A stretch of DNA of 64,000 bases from a virus (taxonomy: Duplodnaviria > Caudoviricetes): the IMG/VR virus record IMGVR_UViG_3300035208_006730. One strand, written 5' to 3'. Shown here one piece after another: positions 29,165 to 38,823 of the stretch; the stretch's first letter is position 1, and each line of letters starts with the position of its first letter. Both the position numbers and the translations under genes were made by a program. A model generated the notes under the pieces. That model saw only the letters and a list, made by a program, of their open reading frames with translations. It was not told the DNA's origin and ran no database searches.

Positions 29165-30181
29165 CTACAAAAGGATTTTAAGTGTTTTTCCAGTAACAAC
29201 AAGACGTTTTGACAGTTCTCCATTCGCCGTTACATCTGCAGCTGGATGCGAAGTGGCACTATTTGCGATAATAGTAACACTATCGTCTGTAACGGATGAA
29301 GAATCAATGTCTTTATTGAATTCTATTGTGATCTCTAGATTCTCTGGATCGACTTGAGCTTCTCTATTTTCTGGAGATGTTTTTTCTACATGAAATGGCT
29401 CGTCTGATTTTTCCCAAAGAGCAGAAAGAATACTTGTGCTTGTTGTTGAAGGTAAAGCAATAATTGTTCCAGTTCCTGTTTCAAACGTCCAGGTTAGATG
29501 ACCTTCATAAACAGTTCCCTCAGTTAAGGTGGCAGAATACAAATCGTCGACTTCAAATTCTCCATCTTCAAATTTTACTGAGACCCCATCTTTGAGGAGA
29601 ACTTCGCCTCTCCTTGTTGAAAGAACTGGACCATGAAGAGTAAATGGATCTGAATCCATATACCAAGTAAACTTAGCGATACCAGCTACTCCTGAGGTAG
29701 TTGCGCGAAGATTTATTGTATCTGACGTACCTTCCCAAGTCCCATTAAAGGTTAGTTCGCCATTTCCAACGTTTCCTACACCAGGAGCTCCAGTCACAAT
29801 TGAATTTGCAGGAACATCAAATAGATGAGCAGTATATTCGGTAGAAGCCTTCAGTGGTTGACTGGGAGTAAAAGTTAAAATTGTACTATTTATCCCAGAA
29901 ACTACGGTGATTTCTCCTGCTACTATTCCATGATATCCGGCAGACTCGAGGAAATCTGGCATTTGACCGAGATGCTCGCCCCAAATATTTTGGGGAAGTT
30001 CAACGTGAGAATCTGGCCCTATTACAACATCATAATCAGGTCCTTCCAGGCAGAAAGACTTTTTTAGATACTCCTCGTCCATCACAAGAGAAAACTCTAC
30101 AGTAATAGTAGAACGTAATGGGACGCTAAGAGCCCCAGAGGGAGGAGAATAGTCAGAGATGATGTCGATGAGATTGGCCAT
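29165..30181 (-). CDS. Ig-like (Big_5/SbsA-type) domain virion protein
   Basis: SPPSGALSVPLRSTITVEFS..LTFTPSQPLKASTEYT and a second TSPENREAQV..ITIEFNKDIDSSSV repeat. Confidence 0.7.
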   Translation of the reverse strand: MANLIDIISDYSPPSGALSVPLRSTITVEFSLVMDEEYLKKSFCLEGPDYDVVIGPDSHVELPQNIWGEHLGQMPDFLESAGYHGIVAGEITVVSGINSTILTFTPSQPLKASTEYTAHLFDVPANSIVTGAPGVGNVGNGELTFNGTWEGTSDTINLRATTSGVAGIAKFTWYMDSDPFTLHGPVLSTRRGEVLLKDGVSVKFEDGEFEVDDLYSATLTEGTVYEGHLTWTFETGTGTIIALPSTTSTSILSALWEKSDEPFHVEKTSPENREAQVDPENLEITIEFNKDIDSSSVTDDSVTIIANSATSHPAADVTANGELSKRLVVTGKTLKILL

Positions 30182-30182
30182 T

Positions 30183-30797
30183 TTATTCCTCGGAAATTAC
30201 TCCATTCGGATCCAATGTTTCGTACATCTCTTCGCAGGTTATGTCCGCTAAACCTTTATCGCCAGAGGCTTTCATTTCTTGATTTACTTTACCGCTAATG
30301 GTTGCGAAATTGGCAGAATTAATTGCATCTATCTTACCGTTTAGATAAGAAATAACTGCTTTTCTCTTTGAGCCAATACGTTCCAATTTCCTCATCTCTT
30401 CTAAAAGAAATACAGTAGAAATTTCATCAATATTTTGCTTTACAACTTCTACTTTGTTGCGAAGTTTCGCTACCAATTCAGCACGTTGATCGTCTTTAAT
30501 CTTTTGCCTTTTCTCTAAAACTTGGCCCTTTAACTGTTCTTTCTTTTCTTCGATAATTTTTTGAATAGGATTCAACGGAGCTTTGACTTCTGGTAACGCT
30601 GTTTTGAGAAGGGGATGATCGGGTAAAGGTTCGGACCCGCTTAATCTTCTAGAGTCAATTGATTTCTTTACAATGAGATATTCGTCAAGTGGCATATTAA
30701 TTGGATCTATCGATTGCTCTGGTGTAATACCATTCAAATAAACCCTTGATTTGAAAAGAATCATCATGTCTTTTGTGTTTGTGAGTCTAATCTTCAT
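30183..30797 (-). CDS. Hypothetical protein downstream of the capsid gene
   Basis: 204 aa; AAGGAG RBS; LERIGSKRKAVISYL helical motif. Confidence 0.55.
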   Translation of the reverse strand: MKIRLTNTKDMMILFKSRVYLNGITPEQSIDPINMPLDEYLIVKKSIDSRRLSGSEPLPDHPLLKTALPEVKAPLNPIQKIIEEKKEQLKGQVLEKRQKIKDDQRAELVAKLRNKVEVVKQNIDEISTVFLLEEMRKLERIGSKRKAVISYLNGKIDAINSANFATISGKVNQEMKASGDKGLADITCEEMYETLDPNGVISEE

Positions 30798-30820
30798 TAT
30801 TTTCTCCTTAGCGTGGATAG

Positions 30821-30847
30821 AACTGGAGGAAGTTATTTCCTCCAGTT
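30821..30847 (-). terminator. Stem-loop after the major capsid gene
   Basis: Perfect 11-bp inverted repeat aactggaggaa-N5-ttcctccagtt; U-tract is weak. Confidence 0.55.
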
Positions 30848-30874
30848 TAGTTTAGCATATTTGGGGAATTGAAA

Positions 30875-32134
30875 CTAGACTACAGCGGTAGTGGCAGAAA
30901 GAGTAGCGAGATTTGAGCCTGACACATCAATGGTAGCTTGAGCAGGTAGCACGAGTTCATTCGCTGTAACCTTGACGTTTTTAGCGACTACAGTCTGGAG
31001 ACCATCATGCAACTGGAACATCGAGTAACGTTCTCTGAGTTTGATTTTGGTCATGTCGTTTTTCGGATCAGTCCACTCTTCTGTGGTCACTTCTTCGTCA
31101 ACGACAAGAGCGCCAAGTTCATTCGCATCGCACAAAATCACGTCAGTGAGCATGTTGTCGACATCGAAACGCACGAACGGCGAAACGACCATTCGGAATG
31201 GGAAACCAAAATAACTTGGAATAGAAGGTGCCGAATTCATTTGCGGATTGTACTCAGTCAGCGCGCTAGGCGTTAACGAAGCAGAATTGCCGCCAGGAAT
31301 AATGGCTTGACCTGCTGTTCCACCGATGCCACCTTGAATGGCACTTTGCCATGCTTGTTGATTGACATTGCCCTGCCATCCCTGGAAGAACGAGCCGCCA
31401 CCAGAGGCAAGAGCGAAAGCGCGCATGATGGGATCTTTAATGAAGGCGACCCACATTAAAGGATGGACGATCATGCAGTTGGGCACAAAGCCCTGCGTCA
31501 TCAGAATGGCGAACATATCAAAAATGTCATCCATAATCATGGAGCCGTTACCAGTGCCGTTCAAAGCCCGACCAGTAGTAGGACCCTTGATTGACGAGGT
31601 AGGATTGGTGTTGTCGAAAGCAACAGTACCAGCATTGAGGATCATGTTGGCAACTTTCACTTCTTTCCAACGTGCTAGAGCTCTACCAGCAGCACGGAGC
31701 ATCAAACCGATGAGGTCGAATTGAGAATACCTAATCATCTCTTCGCTGACTTTGACGGCCAAACCTGATTTACCAATCGTGCAGGTCTTGCTTCCGCTTG
31801 CCGTGTCGATTGATTGCTCCTTGTATTCTCCGCTTTCACCGATATCCGAAGCTTCAAAGGCACCAATCGCTCCGTAGGTGATCGTTTGACCAACTGAATA
31901 GTTGATACGAGTCAAGAGAGGAGTGAGGGTAAGAATAGGTTCGATAGCTTCACGAACAATATTCGTAATCACTTTGGGGAGAAGGGTACTCGCATTGTGC
32001 ATCGAGATTGCATCCTGAATGGTCCAGGGAGCGCTCTTCGGATGTTCACTATCAATGCCCTTATTCCGCCAAAGCTTTTCAATCTTTTGCACATCTTCGA
32101 TAGTGGCGAGATTTTTCTTGTCAGTTGTTTCCAT
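30875..32134 (-). CDS. Major capsid protein (HK97 fold)
   Basis: 419 aa; LLPKVITNIVREAIEP..IGESGEYKE..KSGLAVKVSEEMIRYSQFD..KLRERY; follows protease and decoration genes. Confidence 0.88.
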   Translation of the reverse strand: METTDKKNLATIEDVQKIEKLWRNKGIDSEHPKSAPWTIQDAISMHNASTLLPKVITNIVREAIEPILTLTPLLTRINYSVGQTITYGAIGAFEASDIGESGEYKEQSIDTASGSKTCTIGKSGLAVKVSEEMIRYSQFDLIGLMLRAAGRALARWKEVKVANMILNAGTVAFDNTNPTSSIKGPTTGRALNGTGNGSMIMDDIFDMFAILMTQGFVPNCMIVHPLMWVAFIKDPIMRAFALASGGGSFFQGWQGNVNQQAWQSAIQGGIGGTAGQAIIPGGNSASLTPSALTEYNPQMNSAPSIPSYFGFPFRMVVSPFVRFDVDNMLTDVILCDANELGALVVDEEVTTEEWTDPKNDMTKIKLRERYSMFQLHDGLQTVVAKNVKVTANELVLPAQATIDVSGSNLATLSATTAVV

Positions 32135-32157
32135 TTAAGGTTCCTCCTGTTACTTTC

Positions 32158-33375
32158 TTAGCGAGAGATAAGGTTGATTGTTACGAGAAGATTTGCTCCA
32201 CCAGCATAATGGAGTTTAGCAGGCACGCCACCGTTGGCTGTACCGGCCATTTGATCCATTTGGCCAGCATACCCTGGAAGAGCACCAGTTCCAGTAGTGC
32301 CGAGCGAACCAAACGCAGTTTTCACCTTATCAAGGCCGCCTTGAGGAGTCGTCTTAATTTGGGTGACTTGACCGCAGATAACATCGAATCCCTCAGTTGA
32401 AGGATCTGCAACGCAGTAGTTCGAGTCGGTATTGAACTTCACTAAATCACCAGGTTTCAAATTGCCCACTGCGCAAACGAACTTCGAAACTTCACTGCCC
32501 GAAGGAGCAATGGCTGTGGTGTAAGCATAATAGGTAACAGTGACAGTAGTCAAAGCTTCAGTTGAGTAAACCGAGATTACGCCAGTTTTGTAGTTGATGT
32601 GCCAGTCGCCAGCCGCTTTAACGTCGGCAACAAGGGTTTTTTGACGAACAAACTTGGCCGCATGAAGATTGCCACCATCTTCAAAACTGATTGGAGTACG
32701 AATGGTATTTTTGGCCACAGGAAGTCTTACAACTGCAGTGGCTGCATACACACTGGTAGCACCAACTTGTGCGAAGGTCAAAGCCTCATCAACGGCATCA
32801 TTGGGCACGAGCGGAACTTCTAGAACGTAGTCAAAAGTGACTTCGCCAGCATGTTGTGGATTGTAGTTCTGGAACTTGTATCCGAGAGGATTGATGCCGT
32901 TATCGTACGCGCCCGCATTGCCTGACCATTGGAGGTAAGGATACGAAGCAACACCGATAAACTTTTTGAAATCAGCAGCGCCTTCATCGGAATCACCCAT
33001 GAAGTCGTGTTTGCTACCATCGATTGAGGCGATGGTGTACGAAGTGACTGACGCACAAGCTTCGCCAGTTGTAATATCAATAGTGCCAGCATCAATGTCG
33101 TTTTGGGTGTAGGCAACCGAAGCGCCAGACACAGTGTAGCCCGCAGGAATCAGATCGCCATAATTATCTAGGGCAACTCCCTTTCCAGGCATTAAAACGA
33201 CCCAATCTTCTGAGTTCAAGTTCTTCATTTTGAATTGAACGGGAAGCCAAGCTGCAACTTTATATCCGCCAGCCGAGCCCATTCCTTCATGTGAAAACGG
33301 ATCGGGAATCATGTTCCCGACATGGTCGAATGGTTTGTACGCAGATGTTTGTTGACCAATTGCGTTGGTAGTCAT
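32158..33375 (-). CDS. Putative capsid decoration/cement protein
   Basis: 405 aa between scaffold and capsid; GNLKPGDLVKFNTDSNY motif; GGAGG RBS. Confidence 0.6.
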   Translation of the reverse strand: MTTNAIGQQTSAYKPFDHVGNMIPDPFSHEGMGSAGGYKVAAWLPVQFKMKNLNSEDWVVLMPGKGVALDNYGDLIPAGYTVSGASVAYTQNDIDAGTIDITTGEACASVTSYTIASIDGSKHDFMGDSDEGAADFKKFIGVASYPYLQWSGNAGAYDNGINPLGYKFQNYNPQHAGEVTFDYVLEVPLVPNDAVDEALTFAQVGATSVYAATAVVRLPVAKNTIRTPISFEDGGNLHAAKFVRQKTLVADVKAAGDWHINYKTGVISVYSTEALTTVTVTYYAYTTAIAPSGSEVSKFVCAVGNLKPGDLVKFNTDSNYCVADPSTEGFDVICGQVTQIKTTPQGGLDKVKTAFGSLGTTGTGALPGYAGQMDQMAGTANGGVPAKLHYAGGANLLVTINLISR

Positions 33376-33389
33376 AAATTAATCCTCCT

Positions 33390-35366
33390 CTAAACCTTGT
33401 TTTGGGGAAGACGACCTTCCCTTGTGAGTGAATCCAATTGAGCCTTCATCCATTTACTTGCAGCTTCTACGCCATGAGAAAATTGGTATTGAAGACAAAG
33501 AGCTTCGAGTTTTTCAAGTTCGTCTTTTGTTAACATATCAGGCTCCTTATCCTTTACCACTGGACCCACTCCGGTTGTACAGGGGTTGGCGACCTGATTA
33601 CCATCTGGGTTCCTCGACATTCCATCATTGAGTTTATCACAGATTTTTTGGATGTCTAATACCTTCACACAGTTACCGATTTCACTGTCTATTACTTCAT
33701 TTGTCATTTCGGAAATGTCTTTTTCAAGGCAGACCTTCTTGTCCGCAAGGCTCTTAAGTACGCGAAGACATTCGGCTTTTGCGTTTTTAACTGCAAGTTT
33801 GTCTTGAATGGCTTGAGTCTGTATCCCCTGGAAATCTTTGAAAACAGCATCATATTTCACTTGGAGTACGGCGAAATTTTCTTTATTTTTTCCAAGTTCA
33901 TCCTCGAGACGAGCAACTTCACCGAGAAGAGCCTTGTTGTCGTTGGCTAAATCTGCAGGAGCAGAGCAAGAACAATCAGGAACAAGGGTCTTCAAGTGTT
34001 CGGAAAGAGCGACCAGTTGGTCTTTAGTAAGATCTACGGGAAGAACTTTTGAGGGATCGAAAGCGTCTTCTTTCTTGCTAGTGCAACCAAGAGCTTTGCC
34101 CTTACGTTCTACGCATGCAAGAATTGCAGTCTTATCTCCTGTGCCTTTATAGCGACCAATGAGTCTTTTTGCAGCAGTGTAGTGCGCGCAATCTGGAACT
34201 GGGAAAGATCTATTTGGACCACAGAATGAAGATGAGGCCATCTTTTTACGTGATTCAGCTGAGAGTTTCTTATCTTCAGCTATTTCGACTTTCTCTTCTC
34301 CATCACAATCTTTCATCATGTAGGCGTACAACATCTCTTCCTCATCTGCAGTAATTTCGCCACCTTCAAAAATTTTCACAAGAATTTGATCTTCTTTTGA
34401 AATTTCAGGAACTGGTGTAGCAGCGGGAGGAGCTGGTGGAGTCACAGTATCTGTAGTCGGAATAGTAGCAGCCGCTGTAGTAGCGGTTTGATCCATGGGT
34501 TGTTCAGGCATTTTGTTCTCCTTAGAATCCATCAGGATAACTCCAACCTGATAGGATTTTTTGTTAGTAAATGGTAACGTCTTTTCTTGACCATTAAGTG
34601 TCATTTGCATTACGATAGAGCCTTCATCAGCAGGATCTCCAACTATTGAATATTCTCTATAGGTTAGTTTCCCGCAAATGATGAAAGCTGGAAGTCCATC
34701 GTAATTTTCACCTGGTTGATGTTCACACTGATCATTTTTGATCCAGTCTTGTTTACAAATAGAACAGATTGCCTGATCGGTTGTTGCGCCGACAGAACCT
34801 GTAAGATAGCGACCATCAAGGAATTTTTGAATTGCATCTTCGTTTGTTATGTGAAGATCTATTTCGGCGAAACCTAGACCAGAATATTCCTCGTTATCAA
34901 GGATTTTATTAATAGAAAATGCGCGGATTAATTCCCACTCATCAACAAGACTCATCCCACCAGAAACAAACTCGTCAATAACTTCAGGAGATAACGTAAT
35001 AATCCCACTATTTTTAATCGATGACGAATTAGAAAGAAGACTCTTGATGGAATGGGACGTGTCAACATACTGAGAAGAGATAATCCGACCCAACGGATCT
35101 CCGTAAGTGTCGTGATTTAGGTGTACTGCTTTTGGATATGGTTTCACGAAAGTTCTAACGCCAGCAGACATTTGGTCTGGCAAATACATTCTGTTATTTA
35201 TGATTTTCCCAGAATGAGTTGCCGCCATTTTAACAACAAAACCGTGTTGATTTATATTTGCTGCCGATTGATTAGGTTGCTGATATAAAAAATCTTTAAT
35301 AGTTTTTACTGACTTAACGTCGAATGTGACCGTATCACTAAATTTTAGGAAATTTTTCTTTGCCAC
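33390..35366 (-). CDS. Prohead protease fused to scaffold
   Basis: ATHSGKIINNRMY..LNHD..GRI..RYLTGSVG..CSIC..CEH..EYSIVGDPAD protease region, Pro/Thr linker, C-terminal coiled coil. Confidence 0.8.
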   Translation of the reverse strand: MAKKNFLKFSDTVTFDVKSVKTIKDFLYQQPNQSAANINQHGFVVKMAATHSGKIINNRMYLPDQMSAGVRTFVKPYPKAVHLNHDTYGDPLGRIISSQYVDTSHSIKSLLSNSSSIKNSGIITLSPEVIDEFVSGGMSLVDEWELIRAFSINKILDNEEYSGLGFAEIDLHITNEDAIQKFLDGRYLTGSVGATTDQAICSICKQDWIKNDQCEHQPGENYDGLPAFIICGKLTYREYSIVGDPADEGSIVMQMTLNGQEKTLPFTNKKSYQVGVILMDSKENKMPEQPMDQTATTAAATIPTTDTVTPPAPPAATPVPEISKEDQILVKIFEGGEITADEEEMLYAYMMKDCDGEEKVEIAEDKKLSAESRKKMASSSFCGPNRSFPVPDCAHYTAAKRLIGRYKGTGDKTAILACVERKGKALGCTSKKEDAFDPSKVLPVDLTKDQLVALSEHLKTLVPDCSCSAPADLANDNKALLGEVARLEDELGKNKENFAVLQVKYDAVFKDFQGIQTQAIQDKLAVKNAKAECLRVLKSLADKKVCLEKDISEMTNEVIDSEIGNCVKVLDIQKICDKLNDGMSRNPDGNQVANPCTTGVGPVVKDKEPDMLTKDELEKLEALCLQYQFSHGVEAASKWMKAQLDSLTREGRLPQNKV

Positions 35367-38300
35367 GACTCTCTCCTTGACGTAACTTGCTGTCAGGCCA
35401 CACCATTTTTATAACACAATTACAGTTAGGATGGAACGGTGGGCATTCATCAAGATCGTAATGAGGTAGCGACTTATCGCCATGTTTTGGAAACGGAAGA
35501 CTAGAAAAAACTATTTCTTTTCTGTTATGCTCTAAACATATAGAGCAATGACTATCGTGAGATTGCTCTCTAATAGCAACATAAATTTTACTTGGTCTAA
35601 CCTTTAATGGATTCGGATCTGGATCATTGGGATTATCAGGGTCTTCTTCTCTTTCTCTCCTTGGCTTTAAAGAATAACAGCCATCCAAATTCCCAAGAAT
35701 AAAAGAGCTTCTAAGTTCCGTTGTATCAATATAGTTTGCTCGATAGCGAAGCGAGTCAAAAACAGTTTTCGCAACATTTGCTATTTCCCCTTGGCTGACT
35801 GAAAGGCTTTGTCCTTTAGTTATAAACACTTTTAATTGATGAAGAAGGTCTTCAGTTAGTCTATCAACTACACCTTCTACGTTTGGACGAAAAATTGTAG
35901 CTTTTCTAATTGAAGAGAATTCTGGAGCAAAGGATGTATCTCCAGATCTACGGCCGTCAAGATTCATGAATCCATTGATATATTCAGAAATACACCTAGT
36001 GAGCAATTCTTCTTTTGTTGGATTGAGGATAGCGCGAATTTTCGCCTTTAACCAATCAGTGTCAGTCTGACCATTTTGAATAGCGGAAACTACCATGTCC
36101 TCAGCAGCATCAAATCTATTTCTCATTATTCCAGGGATAGGTCCAATACTATCTTTGAAGTCTTTAGCTGGAATTGATTTACCTGATGTACCCTTAGGCT
36201 TTGATTGAATCTTGAGTTTTACCGCTTTTTCTTTAGCCGTACGTTCTTCTTGGGCTGCCTCTTCTTCGGCCTGTTTCTCAATCTCAAAGTCCTTCTCGCC
36301 AACCTCGAGAGAACGATTATCGGCTGCAGCTCGGGCAAATGCTGATGAAGCTCTCTTTGTTGCAGAGATAAGAGCCTTTGGCTCGTCAAAGAGTTTCCAG
36401 GCAGTATTGTAAAATTCGGGATACTTGTCCTCTAACCACTCATCAGAAGCCGCTTCTTCTCCAGTTGGAACCCTAATCGGCTTGTACCCTAGTTTAGCTC
36501 TCAATTCTGACCAGGTAATCGCGTTTTTCAAAAAGATATCCACATAGTGATTATCTTGTCGAATTTGTGTATCAATATCTATTTCGAAGAACTTAAATGA
36601 AACAATATTGTCAGAATCGAATATATTTATGTCATGGAAATCTGCTTCTAGGAGCAGCTCTCGAATTATCAAAGAATTGAATAGTTCTTCAACTGCTAGC
36701 TGCATGTCTTTTACGCAATCAATTAAGTTCTGCGACATTGCTTGAGCAGTCGATCTATTACTTGTATTTCCCTGTATTGTGACCTTGCCATTACGTCGGG
36801 TTACAAATAAATGGTTTGGAACATTATAACAGTAGATCGTTCCTTCATAATGCTCCTTAGAAACAAAAGACGAATTTAAAATTCTGGCGTGATATTTTTT
36901 ACTTACTAGTCCTGAAATGAACACTCTGTTAATTATGCGGCCCCAACTTTTTTCATTTTGAACGGTCTCTTTTACTTTTGCAGACAAACCTAAAGAGAGA
37001 GCTAAGACTTGAACATCATTGGCTAATGAGACAGAAGTCGTATAATAAGTTTTATTTGTTGCTCCCTTTTTCTTGCTAATAGTTCCATCTCCCATAATTA
37101 AAGCGTTAAATAGAGCCAAACGTTGCTCAAAATTCCAAGACCAAATAATTTCTGGTAGAAATTTCTCTTTAGCTAATCCGGGACACGAAATTTCTAAAAA
37201 CTTATATAGGGCTTTTGAATAAATCTTTATTCCTGACTGATTTTGTCTTCCAATTCCATTACATTTTATTAACGAAAATGACAAACCACATCTTTCAGCA
37301 CATTGACAAATCTTATCTAAAATTTCTCCCTTATTTTGTGAAATTACTACTCGATAAACTCCTCTATCGCCATTACTTTTATCCAAACAACCTTCGGAAA
37401 TATAATATCCAAGAAGTTCCGCGAAATCTACAAGCTTACATGAAATGTCTTTTGCTCTACCTGTAACCTTTGCATATGACGGCAAAAAGATATCTTCTTC
37501 GTTTTTATTATCAATGGGAGCTGAATCCATCATATAATATTCATTAAATTTTTCATTAAAAAGTTCCCAAGCCTGAACTTTTCTCCAATTCAAGTTATTT
37601 TTATTTCTTGGAGCTACCCACATCTCGTGGTGTGGAGTAACCTTTACGTCTATATGTTTGCCTTTCCAACAAATCATATCTCCAGAATAAAATCCTTCAT
37701 ATTTATAGTTAGCAAAATTAAATTCCATCTTAGACGTTTCGGGGTTAAATGTTGCGATTTTTTCGTTTAAGTGGTTTATTTCCCAATGTTTTTTCCAACC
37801 ATTTTCGGTTAGTGTCTCTGTTTCCGAATCGTAACAGTCGCCTTCTCCAAAGTCTATCGCGCTCATAGACAATCCAGCAAATAGACGCTTTTTAAAATGC
37901 TCGAGATAAGGTTGAGCTTGAAGAGCTTTTCCTTCTGCACCAAGAAGTTTAATCTCGTGATTTTCGGGAGTAACAATTCCTCCCTCAGAAGGCATCCGAG
38001 AAATTCTTCTCTCAGCTATATCAACTTCGCTTTCTCCTCTTTCGGTAATCCCAGCTGGCTTATCTTTATTGCCGACTTGGTAATGAAATAGAGGGAAAAG
38101 GTGTTGATAGATTAAAAGCTCAATATTCTCTTCAATTCGACGAAGAGCTCTAATATCGTCAAGAACTGGAGTCCAGGTTGGAGTTCCAAAAATGAAACCA
38201 TCTTTTCTATTGTAATGAAGATGAACTATGTCTTCTGGAGAGAAATCTTTTTTAAAATTTTCAGTTAAAAAGTGCTGCCAAATTGTAACTCTTTTACCTT

Positions 38301-38814
38301 TTTCATCCAGATCATACTTAATTGTCTCAGGAGGTATTGGAAAATAAGCAGCTACAGGTTCAAGTTGTTTTCCACTAGGAAGTCGTCTAACCTTACCGCC
38401 TGAAGCTTTGGTCACTCTTGTTTTAGCGAGAAAGGCATTAGACTTTCGAACTATCCCAGAAGCAATCGAACGAACCAAATTTCCGATAGAGGATTCTCCA
38501 TCAGAAGCTATTTCCATTTGTTTGAAGCGGTTTTCTATATACTCTACTGTTTTAGGATTATTGCCCTTAAAGAAATAGCCGTTTTTTAAAAATAGTCCAA
38601 CCTTCTTAATGAAGGATTGCATAAGATAGGACTCGGTGTCCTCCGCTCTTCCAGCCTCTCCAAGTTCGTATTCTGGTTCTCTGAGTACTCCACGTACACC
38701 TTGTGTATACAGGGCTGCATAAAAAGTAGAGGGATTTCTAAGTGGAGTCTTAATAAACTTCGGTTCAAAGGGAACCTTTTCTTGACCGGGAGAGATGCTT
38801 TTTGCGTCTGCCAC
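35338..38814 (-). CDS. Portal protein with intein and C-terminal MuF/SPP1 gp7-like head morphogenesis domain
   Basis: Portal motifs FSPEDIVHLHY..FGTP and ITWSELRAKLGYKP; C-terminal CSIC..PPFHPNCNC. Confidence 0.85.
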   Translation of the reverse strand: MADAKSISPGQEKVPFEPKFIKTPLRNPSTFYAALYTQGVRGVLREPEYELGEAGRAEDTESYLMQSFIKKVGLFLKNGYFFKGNNPKTVEYIENRFKQMEIASDGESSIGNLVRSIASGIVRKSNAFLAKTRVTKASGGKVRRLPSGKQLEPVAAYFPIPPETIKYDLDEKGKRVTIWQHFLTENFKKDFSPEDIVHLHYNRKDGFIFGTPTWTPVLDDIRALRRIEENIELLIYQHLFPLFHYQVGNKDKPAGITERGESEVDIAERRISRMPSEGGIVTPENHEIKLLGAEGKALQAQPYLEHFKKRLFAGLSMSAIDFGEGDCYDSETETLTENGWKKHWEINHLNEKIATFNPETSKMEFNFANYKYEGFYSGDMICWKGKHIDVKVTPHHEMWVAPRNKNNLNWRKVQAWELFNEKFNEYYMMDSAPIDNKNEEDIFLPSYAKVTGRAKDISCKLVDFAELLGYYISEGCLDKSNGDRGVYRVVISQNKGEILDKICQCAERCGLSFSLIKCNGIGRQNQSGIKIYSKALYKFLEISCPGLAKEKFLPEIIWSWNFEQRLALFNALIMGDGTISKKKGATNKTYYTTSVSLANDVQVLALSLGLSAKVKETVQNEKSWGRIINRVFISGLVSKKYHARILNSSFVSKEHYEGTIYCYNVPNHLFVTRRNGKVTIQGNTSNRSTAQAMSQNLIDCVKDMQLAVEELFNSLIIRELLLEADFHDINIFDSDNIVSFKFFEIDIDTQIRQDNHYVDIFLKNAITWSELRAKLGYKPIRVPTGEEAASDEWLEDKYPEFYNTAWKLFDEPKALISATKRASSAFARAAADNRSLEVGEKDFEIEKQAEEEAAQEERTAKEKAVKLKIQSKPKGTSGKSIPAKDFKDSIGPIPGIMRNRFDAAEDMVVSAIQNGQTDTDWLKAKIRAILNPTKEELLTRCISEYINGFMNLDGRRSGDTSFAPEFSSIRKATIFRPNVEGVVDRLTEDLLHQLKVFITKGQSLSVSQGEIANVAKTVFDSLRYRANYIDTTELRSSFILGNLDGCYSLKPRREREEDPDNPNDPDPNPLKVRPSKIYVAIREQSHDSHCSICLEHNRKEIVFSSLPFPKHGDKSLPHYDLDECPPFHPNCNCVIKMVWPDSKLRQGESRGKEKFPKI
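36766..37836 (-). mobile_element. Intein with LAGLIDADG endonuclease (357 aa) in the portal
   Basis: GEGD|CYDSETETL..VTPHHEM..IYCYNVPNHLFVTRRNGKVTIQGN|TSN; ELLGYYISEG and FNALIMGDG. Confidence 0.92.
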
Positions 38815-38823
38815 TTATATTTC

